DNA of 63,609 nucleotides, the filler included, from Acidimicrobiia bacterium (GTDB lineage: Bacteria; Actinomycetota; Acidimicrobiia; Spongiisociales; SHLN01): the NCBI GenBank assembly GCA_041619515.1. It is 3 parts of 3 records of this genome, joined end to end, with 100 filler letters (N's around TTAATTAATTAA, not from the genome) between each part and the next. Parts side by side here need not be neighbours in the genome. Positions count along the whole stretch, not along the records: positions 1 to 25,190 come from JBFKDW010000043.1; 2 more parts are not named here. One strand, written 5' to 3'. The notes below the pieces were generated by a model that worked only from the letters and a program-made list of their open reading frames with translations, did no database searches and was not told where the DNA came from. Positions 1-10,260 of this stretch are shown here, piece after piece (position 1 is the stretch's first letter; every line of letters starts with the position of its first letter). The translations under genes and the position numbers were made by a program.

Positions 1-165
1 CCCCTCCGGGGGGAGAGAAACACCGGTCTCCTCCCCCGGAGAGGGAGGTGCCCCGCAGGGGCGGAGGGGGCGCCCGCCACAACCCACGTTGGCCTACCTG
101 CCCCAGACAAAAGGCTGCCGCCCCCCTCCCGGCTCCGCCGGACTCCCCCCTCCGGGGGGAGAGAA
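1..165. repeat. REP/REPIN-like GC-rich palindromic repeat cluster (probably truncated by the window edge)
   Basis: 19-bp exact direct repeat CCCCTCCGGGGGGAGAGAA at 1-19 and 147-165; 28-72 and 119-163 are imperfect inverted copies, each with internal hairpins. Confidence 0.65.
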
Positions 166-175
166 GAACATGCCG

Positions 176-505
176 CTACTGGGCTTCGAGGCGCTTTTCG
201 GGGGTCATGAGCTCGTAGAACTCGATCCAGCTGTCGGTGGTGAGCTCTCGAACCTCGGCGTAGAGGTCCTGGGCACGGGCGGGGCTCGGTACCACGCCCT
301 CGCGGTAGGGACTGGCGATGACTTCTTCGGTCCATTCCATGTAGACGCGATTGCGTTCACCCGGCACGGTACTCGAGTTGAAGTAGACGCTCGATGGCGA
401 CCGCTTATCCACCGCCGTGTATTCGTCACCCATCTCGGCGACCAGCGACGCCACCCTGCGAGCTTCGCCCGGCTTCGACTCCCACACCCTCCGTACCACG
501 TACAT
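176..505 (-). CDS. hypothetical protein (109 aa)
   Basis: ATG at 505 preceded by a GAGGAGG RBS; globular composition. Confidence 0.8.
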   Translation of the reverse strand: MYVVRRVWESKPGEARRVASLVAEMGDEYTAVDKRSPSSVYFNSSTVPGERNRVYMEWTEEVIASPYREGVVPSPARAQDLYAEVRELTTDSWIEFYELMTPEKRLEAQ

Positions 506-565
506 TCGACCTCCTCGAGTTGCCGGCTGACGCTAGTAGGACTGATGGACGGCGACCACGGGCCG

Positions 566-994
566 TCAGGCTGCAGCCAGCTCCCGCAGCTGGCGCTTGA
601 TGGTGGCGAGGATGGCGGCCATCCCCCGCAGGCGCAAAGGCGTTATCACCCGGCCCAGCCCCATCTCGAGATAGAAGTCGGCGGGCACATCCAGCACCTC
701 GTCAACCGCCACCCCATTCAGCCCTTCGTACAGGATGCCGGCATAGCTGCGGGTCGTCGGGGCCTCGTGGGGAGCATCGAAGAACAACTGGACATTGTCG
801 TCGTCATCCACCCGGGTGGCCACGAAGAACGGGGACTGGCATTCCTCCACTCGTTCCAACGCTTCTCGGCTTCCGAGCTCGGCGGGCAGTGGAGGGATCT
901 TGTCGACGTAGTCGAGCAACGCCGGAACCATCAGGTTGTCCGGCGCCGACGCGAAGAGGTCGACGATGTGCTGCAAACGGGGCGGTAGGGCCAT
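566..994 (-). CDS. SufE family sulfur-acceptor protein
   Basis: ERVEECQSP conserved Cys, EAPTTR and TPLRLRGM motifs; ATG 994 chosen, with TACGAT -10-like box 7 nt upstream. Confidence 0.9.
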   Translation of the reverse strand: MALPPRLQHIVDLFASAPDNLMVPALLDYVDKIPPLPAELGSREALERVEECQSPFFVATRVDDDDNVQLFFDAPHEAPTTRSYAGILYEGLNGVAVDEVLDVPADFYLEMGLGRVITPLRLRGMAAILATIKRQLRELAAA

Positions 995-1046
995 CCCGCC
1001 AATCGTACCGGGAGTATCGTTGAATCGGCATGCGTAGGGAGGACAC

Positions 1047-1922
1047 ATGACTGATCTCGATCTTTCGCCCAAGTTCCAGGAGTACGCCCGGCCGGAGCGT
1101 CTGGTGAGCACCGAATGGCTCGCCGAGCATCTGAACGACCCGTCGGTGGTCATCGTCGAATCTGACGAGGACGTGCTGCTCTACGAAACCGGCCACATTC
1201 CCGGAGCCGTCAAAGTCGATTGGCACCAGGATCTCAACGACCCGATCGTTCGCGACTACGTCGACAGCACCGGCTTCAGCAAGCTCATGGCCGAGAAGGG
1301 CATCAGCCGCGATTCCACGATCATCTTCTACGGCGACAACTTCAACTGGTGGGCTGCCTACGCCCTGTGGGTGTTCAGCCTGTTCGGACATGAGGATCTG
1401 CGGCTGCTGGACGGCGGGCGCCAGAAATGGGTGGCCGAGGACCGCGAGCTGACTACCGAAGTCCCGACCCGGGTGACGACCGACTACCCGGTCGTGGAGC
1501 GTGACGACGCGGCCATCAGAGCCTTTCGAGACGATGTGCTCGACCACGTCGGCCGGAACGGCAAGCTCATCGACGTCCGCTCCCCGCAGGAGTACAGCGG
1601 CGAGTTGCTGCATATGCCCGACTATCCCCAGGAGGGTTCGCTTCGGGGTGGTCACATTCCCGGGGCCGCCAGCGTCCCGTGGAAACGAGCGGCGGACGAA
1701 GACGGGACCTTCAAGGCTCGCGCCGACCTCGAAGCGATCTACCGCGACGAGATCGGCCTGGAGGCCGGAGACGACGTCATCGCCTACTGCCGGATCGGCG
1801 AGCGCTCCAGCCACACCTGGTTCGTGCTCACCCACCTCCTGGGATACCCCCAGGTACGAAACTACGACGGATCCTGGACCGAGTGGGGCAACGTGGTCGG
1901 CGCTCCCATCGAACGGCCCTGA
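1047..1922 (+). CDS. sseA: thiosulfate sulfurtransferase (tandem rhodanese)
   Basis: GHIPGA twice, active-site loop [27 protein letters not shown]. Confidence 0.93.
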   Translation: MTDLDLSPKFQEYARPERLVSTEWLAEHLNDPSVVIVESDEDVLLYETGHIPGAVKVDWHQDLNDPIVRDYVDSTGFSKLMAEKGISRDSTIIFYGDNFNWWAAYALWVFSLFGHEDLRLLDGGRQKWVAEDRELTTEVPTRVTTDYPVVERDDAAIRAFRDDVLDHVGRNGKLIDVRSPQEYSGELLHMPDYPQEGSLRGGHIPGAASVPWKRAADEDGTFKARADLEAIYRDEIGLEAGDDVIAYCRIGERSSHTWFVLTHLLGYPQVRNYDGSWTEWGNVVGAPIERP

Positions 1923-1996
1923 GCTCGGGCCCCATCACGGCCGGAACGTCATCTTGCGAATGTTGACGGCCGGTCCGATGCTCCGTTCCATGGGTT

Positions 1997-3244
1997 TCAG
2001 GTCACCCCCGAGCGCTGGTCGGAGTAGTCGCGAAAGCGGCCACTCTCCATAATGTCTCGAAGCCGATCGATCGCATCCCACACGTCTACGAAGCGGGTGT
2101 AGAGCGGGGCCGCTCCGAGGCGAACGACGTCGGGGGCCCGGAAATCCGGCACCACACCGTCATCGATCATGGCCTGGGCGATCCGATAGCCGTCTGGGTG
2201 GCGAAGGCTCACGTGGCTGCCGCGCAGCTCTGCATCCCGCGGGCTCCCGAGGGCGAAGCCGAACTCGAGCAAATGGGCATCGAACAGGTCGACGATCATC
2301 GATGTGAGGGCAACGCCCTTGGTCCGAATGGCGCTGATGCCCGCTTCGGCGGTTATCCCGATCCCGGTCCCGGCCCCGGTGAGAGACAGGATGGGAATTG
2401 TGCCCGTGGCGAAGCGAGCGATGCCGGCCGCGGGCCGATACTCGAGGCGGAAGTCGAACATGCGATCCTGCCCCCACCAACCCTGAATCGGCTGGGTCAG
2501 GTCATGCTGCAGCCCTCGACGGACGTAGAGAAACGCCGGCGCTCCCGGCCCCCCGTTGAGGTACTTGTAGGTACAGCCGACCGCCAGATCTGCTCCGGTG
2601 CCATGCAGGTCGACCGGGACCGCCCCCACCGAGTGGCTGAGGTCCCACAGGGTGAGGGCCGCTGCGCTCTGGGCGGCACGGTTGATGGATCTCATGTCGA
2701 GCAGGGCTCCCGACTTGAAATTGACATGTGAGAGGCTCACGAGGCCCACCTGTGCGTCGAGCGCCGCCTCGATGGCCTTGGTCGACGGTGCCACCGGATC
2801 GACGTCAACCATGCGTACCGAGCCGCCTGCTCGAGCCGCCACACCCGAGAGCACGTAGACGTCGGATGGGAAATTCCCCGAATCGGTCAGAACCGTGCTG
2901 CGAGGCACCTGGTAGGTGAGGGCGGCCACGGCAAGTTTGTAGAGGTTGACGGAGGTCTGGTCGGTGAGAAGCACCTCATCCGGGTCGGCGCCGATGAGCG
3001 GCGCCAGCTCGGCGGCGATCTCGGCCGGGCGGCTCATCCACGTGGTCCGCCACGATCCAACGAGTCCCCCGCCCCATTCTTCGACCGTCGCCGCCTGTAT
3101 ACGGTCGATGGTTTCTCTCGGGAGCCGGCCGAGGGAGTTGCCATCCAGATAGATCAGTTCGGGGTCGGTGTGGACGAATCGTTCCCGAAAGCCTGCCAGC
3201 GAATCCGCCTCATCCAGGGCGGCGGCCTGTTGGCGTGTGAACAT
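1997..3244 (-). CDS. kynU: kynureninase (PLP enzyme)
   Basis: YLDGNSLG, WDLSHSVG and GCTYKYLNGGPG motifs. Confidence 0.93.
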   Translation of the reverse strand: MFTRQQAAALDEADSLAGFRERFVHTDPELIYLDGNSLGRLPRETIDRIQAATVEEWGGGLVGSWRTTWMSRPAEIAAELAPLIGADPDEVLLTDQTSVNLYKLAVAALTYQVPRSTVLTDSGNFPSDVYVLSGVAARAGGSVRMVDVDPVAPSTKAIEAALDAQVGLVSLSHVNFKSGALLDMRSINRAAQSAAALTLWDLSHSVGAVPVDLHGTGADLAVGCTYKYLNGGPGAPAFLYVRRGLQHDLTQPIQGWWGQDRMFDFRLEYRPAAGIARFATGTIPILSLTGAGTGIGITAEAGISAIRTKGVALTSMIVDLFDAHLLEFGFALGSPRDAELRGSHVSLRHPDGYRIAQAMIDDGVVPDFRAPDVVRLGAAPLYTRFVDVWDAIDRLRDIMESGRFRDYSDQRSGVT

Positions 3245-3254
3245 TCCTCGAACG

Positions 3255-3872
3255 CTACCCGGGAGCGGCGCTCACCATCGCCTCCACCACCGGTGCGATG
3301 ACGTCGACCCACCGCCGGTACTGGCGCCCGGAGGGGTGGAGACCGTCCGATGTCAGCTCGCCTGGATGGTGGCGGGTGCTCGTCGTGACGTCGATCATCG
3401 GCAACCCGGCGCCTGCCGCCAGCTCGGCGAGCGCCTGGTTGAACCGGTCGATTTCGGCAGCGATCTCTCGGCGATCCCGCCCCTCGGCATGCGGCGTCAC
3501 CCCCCAATCGGGGATCGACACGACGAATATCCCCCCCGGCTCGGGACTGCGCTTCTGGCGAGCCCGCTCGATGAGAGCACCGGTGTTGGCGACGAACCCA
3601 TCGACGGAGAGCCCGCGGTATTGGTCGTTCACCCCGATCTGAAGCGAGATCACATCAAACTCGCCGGGCAAGGATGCCCCGTCCAGGGCGTCGATCAACT
3701 CAGCACTGGTCCACGCCGTCCTGGCGATGATGGTGGCCTCAACCGTCGTGCCCGCCTCCGTCAGACGGGCGGCGAGCTGCCGGGGCCACGACGAGCCGGC
3801 CGGGACGGACTCGCCGACGGTGTACGAGTCGCCGAGGGCGAGGAGACGGACCGGCGGCCGCGCTACTCCCAC
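3255..3872 (-). CDS. SGNH/GDSL hydrolase
   Basis: LALGDSYT, IGVND and DGLHP blocks; GTG 3872 start overlaps the upstream stop (start uncertain). Confidence 0.88.
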   Translation of the reverse strand: MGVARPPVRLLALGDSYTVGESVPAGSSWPRQLAARLTEAGTTVEATIIARTAWTSAELIDALDGASLPGEFDVISLQIGVNDQYRGLSVDGFVANTGALIERARQKRSPEPGGIFVVSIPDWGVTPHAEGRDRREIAAEIDRFNQALAELAAGAGLPMIDVTTSTRHHPGELTSDGLHPSGRQYRRWVDVIAPVVEAMVSAAPG

Positions 3873-6184
3873 ACCCCGGCGACCGGAGTCCAGCCGGCGG
3901 TCCCCCACACGTAGGACTCGTCCGTTGGTGCCGGTGCTCCGCCGCTCGCATTCGTGTTGCTCAAGTAGACCGTGGTGTTCGATCCCCGGAAGATCCCCGA
4001 AGTGTCGTCCTGGTCTCCGTCCCAGTCACCCGACACGAACGAGTCCGACGCAATCCCGAAGAAGAAGTTGTCTGCGGTGGCCGCAACCGCGCCCGGACCA
4101 ACCGGCGTCTCATTCGTGTAGTACACGAACCCGTCCGACTCCCGGTACAGGAACACGCTGTCTCGCCCGTCGCCGTCCGGATCGCCCCCGAAGGCACGGT
4201 CGCCGGACACGCCAAACCAGAAGTCGTAGTCGGTTGGGACCGGCGCCCCGAACGCACCATTGGAATCCGACAGGAAGATGTGCCCGTTGCGGTTTATCCC
4301 GAGCGTGTCGATTCCGTCCCCATTCCAGTCACCCGAGAACACCCGGTCGTCGGGGATCCCAAAGAAGAAGTCGAACTCGGCCACTGCCACCTCGCCGTCG
4401 CCGGGCAGCGTGTCGGTGAGATAGGCGAAGCCGCCGCCCGGGCCCTGGCGCCACATGCCGGGAGTGTCGAGGCCGTCACCGTCCCAGTCCCCGAACAGGG
4501 GGATGTCGCCCGGGACGCCGTACCAGAACGTCCGGTCCGGGAGACCCTCCTGCCTGAGATGCCAGCGGCCGTTTGGCTCGACCAGAACCACAACATCGGG
4601 CGTGCTGTCGAGCTCGAAGGCTCCGATGTCACAGGCCGGGCCGCGCGGACGCACGATGCCGCGCTGATCGGCCGCGCTGATGCAAAAGGCGTCGGGTACG
4701 CGATCGATGGCCGGGCTTCCCGGGAGCAGGGCGTGGGTCGCAGAGGGACCACCGTTGTCGGCCAGCGGGCCCAGCATCGGATCGACCCCGGTGAGGTCGG
4801 TGCCCAGCGGCGTGAAGGTGCACCCGCTGGTGTCCTCCACCAGGTTGTAGCCGCCGGTTGTCACGACACCGGCGCAATCGGGGCCGGTCGTCGAAACGTT
4901 GCCGGACAGGATGGTGCCGGCCATGGACACGGAGCCGCCGTTGTTGTTCACGCCCCCACCGGTGGCGCCACCGGTGGCGGTGTTCCCCGATATGGTCGCG
5001 AAGGACAGCGTTGCCGTCGCCGGTGAGTCGTTGAACAGACCCCCGCCGCTCCAGGCGCTGTTTCCCGACAGAGTGGTCTCCCCGATGAAGAGGGCGCTGT
5101 CGCCTACATTGAGGATCCCTCCTCCCTCGGCGAGACCGGGGGCAACGTTGTCGGACAGCGTGCTATCGAGGATGTCGACCGTGCCCGAGTCCGAGAAGAT
5201 GGCCCCGCCACCTGTGCCGGCGCTATTGAGTCGCAGCTCACTCGCCAGCACGATCGTGTCCCCCGCCAGCGTGTTGGTGATGGCCGCTCCGCTGCTGGAA
5301 TCGTGGCTCTCGATGGTGCTGCCCGACACGAACAGGCTGCCGCCGTCGTTGAAGATGCCGCCCCCGCCCCCCGCTCCGTTGGTGGAGATCAGCGAGTCGA
5401 GGACGATCACCTCACCCCCTCCGCCCCCCGCTCCGTCTCCGCTGTAGATGCCGCCTCCCAGGCCCCCCGAGGTCTCGTTGCCGAAGATGAGGCTGGCATT
5501 GACGAAGAGCGAGGAGAATGTGTCGGTATAGATGCCACCCCCCAGCCCGAACACCGCCTCGTTGTTGTCGATCGAACTGTCGACGATGAAGAGGTCGCCG
5601 CCGTTGTTGGCCACGCCTCCGCCATCGGTGGCGGTGTTGAAATAGATCTCGACGCCGTCCAGGGTGCCTTCGGCACGGTTGACGACCCCGCCGCCGAACA
5701 GGTCGGCCGTGTTGTCGTTGATGATGGTGTCGACCACGGTCAGCGGGCCGAGCGAATCGATGGCCCCGCCGCTGACATTCGCAGTGTTGAAGGCAATGAC
5801 GGAATCCTGCACCCACAAGTCCCCGCTGTTGTCGATGCCACCCCCGAAATCCCCGGTTCCACCCGTGATCGTCACGTCGAAGAACGAGACGAACGCGCCG
5901 GAAGGAACGGTGACGGCGCTGGCAGCGGCTCCGGATCCGTCGATGACCGCTTCACCAACCCCGAAGATGTCGATGACGTCGTCGGGGGCGAAGAGCAGGT
6001 TCTCGACACACGTTCCGCTGAAATCAATGAACGACCCGGGCGCAGCCGCGTCGATCGCCGCCTGCAGTGAACCGCCCGTGTCACAGTCGACCACGGCCTG
6101 ACCGCCGGCCGCCCCGGCGGTGAGCACCGATCCGACCAGCACCACTGAGATCACCACTCCAACCCGCTGCCTCACGTACCGCAT
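3863..6184 (-). CDS. secreted beta-helix protein (Pmp-type GGGI/GGAI repeats, choice-of-anchor-Q-like) with C-terminal GDWDGDG/FG-GAP-like repeats
   Basis: signal peptide, many N-x-A-x-x-GGGI repeats, LGPLADNGG...GSPAID...CDIGAFE, then four GD(W/P)(D/N)GD repeats. Confidence 0.85.
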   Translation of the reverse strand: MRYVRQRVGVVISVVLVGSVLTAGAAGGQAVVDCDTGGSLQAAIDAAAPGSFIDFSGTCVENLLFAPDDVIDIFGVGEAVIDGSGAAASAVTVPSGAFVSFFDVTITGGTGDFGGGIDNSGDLWVQDSVIAFNTANVSGGAIDSLGPLTVVDTIINDNTADLFGGGVVNRAEGTLDGVEIYFNTATDGGGVANNGGDLFIVDSSIDNNEAVFGLGGGIYTDTFSSLFVNASLIFGNETSGGLGGGIYSGDGAGGGGGEVIVLDSLISTNGAGGGGGIFNDGGSLFVSGSTIESHDSSSGAAITNTLAGDTIVLASELRLNSAGTGGGAIFSDSGTVDILDSTLSDNVAPGLAEGGGILNVGDSALFIGETTLSGNSAWSGGGLFNDSPATATLSFATISGNTATGGATGGGVNNNGGSVSMAGTILSGNVSTTGPDCAGVVTTGGYNLVEDTSGCTFTPLGTDLTGVDPMLGPLADNGGPSATHALLPGSPAIDRVPDAFCISAADQRGIVRPRGPACDIGAFELDSTPDVVVLVEPNGRWHLRQEGLPDRTFWYGVPGDIPLFGDWDGDGLDTPGMWRQGPGGGFAYLTDTLPGDGEVAVAEFDFFFGIPDDRVFSGDWNGDGIDTLGINRNGHIFLSDSNGAFGAPVPTDYDFWFGVSGDRAFGGDPDGDGRDSVFLYRESDGFVYYTNETPVGPGAVAATADNFFFGIASDSFVSGDWDGDQDDTSGIFRGSNTTVYLSNTNASGGAPAPTDESYVWGTAGWTPVAGVWE

Positions 6185-6242
6185 GAGCCACCTTCCCTGT
6201 TGAGCACCTCCCCCCGAAGCTACCAGTCCGGCATTGCCGGGG

Positions 6243-6830
6243 TCATTCGAGAGCTGCCAGGACGCCCAAGCCGGAAGGATTGAGGTGCACCACTGTGTAG
6301 TAGACCCGGGCCGTCGTCTCGCAACCAATCTGAGCAGGCGCCGTCAGCAGGGCACATTCGGAGAACATGTCGGCGAGAAACCCGACATCGGCGCGGGTCT
6401 TGGTGCGAGCGTTCCACACCCGTGCTCCCTCCCGATCGAGCTGCTTGAGGTTTCGCCAGCCGAAATCATGGCGGTGGCACGGATGGCTGAAGCCATACGG
6501 GCCACCACCGATGATGGGAGCCGAGCATCCGTCGGTGTCCCAGCGGAGGTAGCCGGGGACACCGGACACCAGCACCGAATGCGGAAAGCGGGGCAGGAAG
6601 CCGTCGGAGGCCAGCAGAGCCAGGCCCTGGTGGAAATCGATCTCGCCGCAGTAATCACCGGCATCCACCCCGGGAGCAACTTCGACGCCAGGATCGACGA
6701 CCTCGCTGCACACCGTGAGGAATGGCTCCTCGGTTCGATCGGGATCATGAACCGCGATCAACCAGGCCAGCACCGCTGCCACGAGGACGCCGAGTGCCCC
6801 GGCGGCGAGCAGAAGCCGGTCGCTATCCAC
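6243..6830 (-). CDS. prokaryotic phospholipase A2 with N-terminal membrane anchor
   Basis: TDGCSAP...F..PCHRHDFGWRN motif; GTG 6830 overlaps the upstream stop. Confidence 0.82.
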   Translation of the reverse strand: MDSDRLLLAAGALGVLVAAVLAWLIAVHDPDRTEEPFLTVCSEVVDPGVEVAPGVDAGDYCGEIDFHQGLALLASDGFLPRFPHSVLVSGVPGYLRWDTDGCSAPIIGGGPYGFSHPCHRHDFGWRNLKQLDREGARVWNARTKTRADVGFLADMFSECALLTAPAQIGCETTARVYYTVVHLNPSGLGVLAALE

Positions 6831-7770
6831 CGGCGGCTCCCAAGATGGTCCGTAAACGGGACGAATTGCCATCGACGAAGCTGCCGGCCAGCGCCACCAC
6901 CAGGTCCTCGGCGGTGCGGGTGGTGAAAGCCTCCCGGCACTCAGCATCGGCCCCTGCCAGCAGGGTTTCGACCCCGGCAAGGGCCCGCCCGGGTGGCGAA
7001 TCGAGCGCCCGGATCAGAAACCCGACGAATCCGTCGGGATCCCGGAAATCGGGGGCAAACGGAACGAGCGGGAGCGGCGGCTCTCGAGCGAACAGCCCGC
7101 CGAGCTCACCAGCTCGAGCTGCCATACAGCCAAGCCACCCGTCGCCCGCCGCCTGCCAGCGCCCGTCGCCGACGACGGTTTCCCACAGGTCCTCGAGAGT
7201 CGGATCGAGCGTCTGCAGGTCTCGAACGGCTCCGAGGACGCCCTCGAGACCTGCCCGGGCACAACCACCGGGCAAGGCTCCGTCGACCAGATCCCGCAGC
7301 GGGCCCCCGTAGAGGGCAGCCTCGTAGTCGTCGAGGGCGTTCCGGTCGAGCCGTTCCAGATACCCGAGGTCGGCGAGCTCGGCATCCAGCGTGAGGCCTT
7401 GGCCGATCCCATACCCGGTGGCAACCAGCAGATCGAAGCCGGCAACGCGATCGATACCGGGGACCCCGTCGTATGCAAAGCCGGCCGCGCGCATGCACGC
7501 ACCCACGATCCTGCCTGCCTCCATTTGGATCGCCAGGCCGATGACCCCTGGCTCCCGCAGCAGGAGTGACGGGTCGGCGACGAGGTCAAAAGGGTCGACC
7601 TGCGCCACAGCGACGAGGTCGGGAGAGGCCGCCGCAGAATCCTCGACCGAGAGAAGGAAGAGCCACACGCCCAGGGCGGCGGCAACCAGCCAGATGACGG
7701 CAACCGATCCCACCAGGAGTCGCCGCCTCCTGGACACCCGGGCAGCCGGCATTGGGCCGGAGTCGGACAT
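6823..7770 (-). CDS. hypothetical membrane-anchored exported protein
   Basis: N-terminal TM helix, spaced Cys (ACMRAAGF, GGCA, WLGCM, AEC). Confidence 0.7.
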   Translation of the reverse strand: MSDSGPMPAARVSRRRRLLVGSVAVIWLVAAALGVWLFLLSVEDSAAASPDLVAVAQVDPFDLVADPSLLLREPGVIGLAIQMEAGRIVGACMRAAGFAYDGVPGIDRVAGFDLLVATGYGIGQGLTLDAELADLGYLERLDRNALDDYEAALYGGPLRDLVDGALPGGCARAGLEGVLGAVRDLQTLDPTLEDLWETVVGDGRWQAAGDGWLGCMAARAGELGGLFAREPPLPLVPFAPDFRDPDGFVGFLIRALDSPPGRALAGVETLLAGADAECREAFTTRTAEDLVVALAGSFVDGNSSRLRTILGAAGG

Positions 7771-7860
7771 ACGAGCAGACCTCGTGAGTACCCCTCAACT
7801 GTAGGCTCCGCCATCGCCGCCGCCCCGCACACAACGGGCCGATATGGACGAGAATGAGGG

Positions 7861-7888
7861 GGAACCGTAGCGGCGGGTCTGGCGTCTA
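7861..7888 (+). promoter_or_regulatory. ECF sigma-type promoter
   Basis: GGAACC-N16-CGTCTA, same boxes and spacing as 10196-10223. Confidence 0.75.
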
Positions 7889-7916
7889 TTCAAAGACACC
7901 GCCAAGGGAGAGACGC

Positions 7917-10190
7917 GTGACCGACAGGATTACATACGAGGCCGAGCCGATCCCACCGCGAGATCCCGGGGACGGGAAACGATGGTCGGCCATCTTCGGA
8001 GCCGCGGCCGTCATTGCCGTGCTGCTGGTCGGGGTTGCCTTCGGTGCCACGCTATTTCGCGGCAGCGAGGAGCCCGACCCGGTGGCCGAGCCCACCACGC
8101 CGGTCGATGTCCCAACCACTCTTGGGTCACCGTTCTCCGATCAGTCTGTGCGTTCTCAGAGCCCCTACGGGGAGGACGGCGCCGAGAGCAGGCCGTACCG
8201 GCCGGGCGGCGATGTCGGGACGCCCACTCCCCCGTTGCCGGCGCAAGAGTTCACTTGGGAGAAGGTCACGCTCGACCTGCCGGCCGGCGACGAGGCATAC
8301 CTGCAGGGTGTCTACGCGCTCGAAGACGGGTTCATCGCCATCGGGGTCAGCTGGGCCGAGGTGACAGGTCAGCGTCTGATGGTCTGGAAATCGGCCGACG
8401 GGCTCGCCTGGGAGCAGACCGATCTCATCGGTGACTTCTCCAACGCCAACGTCTGGAACGTCGTCTTCAGCGACCATGGAGGGATCGCCTTCGGAGAGCA
8501 GTTCGACGGGCCCGACGGCGGTGAAGACAGCGCCTTTCGCCCATACGACCCGGTGCGGCTGGTGTGGACCTCGCGCGATGGAGTCACCTGGACGAGGACT
8601 CAGCTGGATCTGAACGCAGCCGACAACGAGGAAGTGTGGATCAACGGCGGGTTGGCAGGCCCCTCGGGCTTCCTGGTGTTCGGGCAGCGTTCGACGTCTC
8701 CCGAGTTCGAGCCGATCATCATCGAGAAGGGCGGCTACCGCCTCGAGTTGAGCGACTACTCGTACACCTACCGGGTACTCGACGCCTCGGGAGCAACGGT
8801 GGCCGAAGGTTCGATGGAGGAGATCTACGCCGGCCAGCACGACGAGGACGGTCAGGTCATCACCCACCCCGACACCGGCGAGGTGCTGACGGTCATCCCA
8901 TGGGAAACCTGGGAAAGGGCCTGGGACACCGCCTACTCGGAGTCCGGCTCGGGCCCCTTCGGCGGACATGAGTACACACCGGCGGTGATAACCATCGAAT
9001 TCGACGGCTACCGCATCGTCATCGACGAGGAGTCGAACACCTACCGCATCGAACACGTCGCCACCGGCGACGTCATCGCCTCCGGAGGCGCCGAGTATCT
9101 GTGGCGGGGCCCGGCGCCGGTGATCACCGACGATGCCGGGAACGAGATCCTCAGCTTCAGCTGGGAGGAGTTCGACGCGGCGCAGCGAGCCCACTGGGAG
9201 GGCGAGGAGTTCAGAGAAGGATACGAGTACACCCAGAGCGTCTTCGTGGCCCTGTCCACCGACGGTGTCACCTGGACCGAGGGGGTCGTCGAGAGCGACG
9301 CCAGCGAGCTGAGCTTCGATTCGGTGGTCGCACGTGATAGCGGGTACCTGGCGCTCGGCAGTCAGCACGACGACCGCTTCGGAGGGGGCCCGGTCGTCTG
9401 GACGAGCACGGACGGCCTGCGCTGGCAACACGCCGCGGACATGCCCGGCGGCCTTTACGTTTGGAACGTGGAAACGACCCCCGACGGCACCCTCATTGCC
9501 TTCGGCGATGGCGCCCAGGGCCAGGCCCTGTGGGCGAGCGACGACGGGATCGCCTGGGGCCAGGTTTTCGGCCCCCGCATCCCCGAGGATCGCACCCTCA
9601 TCGAGTGGTTGAACCAGTTTGGGACCGGGAGACTGGGGACCGTCGTAGTCGGTAACCGGGAACAGTATTACTACGGCGAGGAGAATCCCGCCCCGCCGAT
9701 CACGCTGACACAGGGTGACTACACGCTCACCTACGACGATTACGACTGGCCGCCCACCGTGACGGTGGTCGACGATGAGACGGGAGACGTCGTGATCGAC
9801 GTCCGACTGAAGATGGAGGGCGGCCTTCCAGCCGGCTTCTCGTACGAGGACGGGGTCACCTACATCGAGAACAACGGCAGCGTCCTGATGGCCATAACCG
9901 ACCAGGAGTGGTCGGCGGCCCAGGAGAAGCGGGGCCGGGCGATGGAGGAGACAACCGTCTACGCACCGGCCCAGCCCACCATGTACTTCTCCACCGACCT
10001 CGAGTCGTGGACCGAGGTCCCGCTCGACTTCGGTGGCTGGTTCGGGCACATTGCCGTGGGAGACGAGGCGGTGGTTCTCGCCGGCGAAGAGTTCTACGAC
10101 GAGCCTCGCTTGCTCGAACCGGAAACCGAGTACGGCGAGGGTTACGTGTACGAGCCGCAGCCCCCGGTCTTGTTGATCGGCCGCCCGTAG
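7917..10190 (+). CDS. single-pass membrane protein with Asp-box (BNR) repeat extracellular domain; paralog of 10773-12941
   Basis: TM helix, six S-x-D-G-x-x-W-like repeats; GTG 7917 after AAGGGAG. Confidence 0.8.
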   Translation: MTDRITYEAEPIPPRDPGDGKRWSAIFGAAAVIAVLLVGVAFGATLFRGSEEPDPVAEPTTPVDVPTTLGSPFSDQSVRSQSPYGEDGAESRPYRPGGDVGTPTPPLPAQEFTWEKVTLDLPAGDEAYLQGVYALEDGFIAIGVSWAEVTGQRLMVWKSADGLAWEQTDLIGDFSNANVWNVVFSDHGGIAFGEQFDGPDGGEDSAFRPYDPVRLVWTSRDGVTWTRTQLDLNAADNEEVWINGGLAGPSGFLVFGQRSTSPEFEPIIIEKGGYRLELSDYSYTYRVLDASGATVAEGSMEEIYAGQHDEDGQVITHPDTGEVLTVIPWETWERAWDTAYSESGSGPFGGHEYTPAVITIEFDGYRIVIDEESNTYRIEHVATGDVIASGGAEYLWRGPAPVITDDAGNEILSFSWEEFDAAQRAHWEGEEFREGYEYTQSVFVALSTDGVTWTEGVVESDASELSFDSVVARDSGYLALGSQHDDRFGGGPVVWTSTDGLRWQHAADMPGGLYVWNVETTPDGTLIAFGDGAQGQALWASDDGIAWGQVFGPRIPEDRTLIEWLNQFGTGRLGTVVVGNREQYYYGEENPAPPITLTQGDYTLTYDDYDWPPTVTVVDDETGDVVIDVRLKMEGGLPAGFSYEDGVTYIENNGSVLMAITDQEWSAAQEKRGRAMEETTVYAPAQPTMYFSTDLESWTEVPLDFGGWFGHIAVGDEAVVLAGEEFYDEPRLLEPETEYGEGYVYEPQPPVLLIGRP

Positions 10191-10195
10191 GCGAT

Positions 10196-10223
10196 GGAAC
10201 CAAAGCTCCGATTCATGCGTCTA
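10196..10223 (+). promoter_or_regulatory. ECF sigma-type (autoregulatory) promoter
   Basis: GGAACC-N16-CGTCTA just upstream of the ECF sigma gene. Confidence 0.75.
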
Positions 10224-10260
10224 GGGGATGCACGGACGGAACGGAGCGACGATCATCACT

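Noticed and set aside
8127..10049. Long antisense/alternate-frame ORFs (e.g. 8127-10049, 17386-18930, 40605-42146, 56676-58526)
   Set aside because: These are shadow ORFs expected from high-GC codon bias opposite genes with clear motifs; they carry no recognisable domains.
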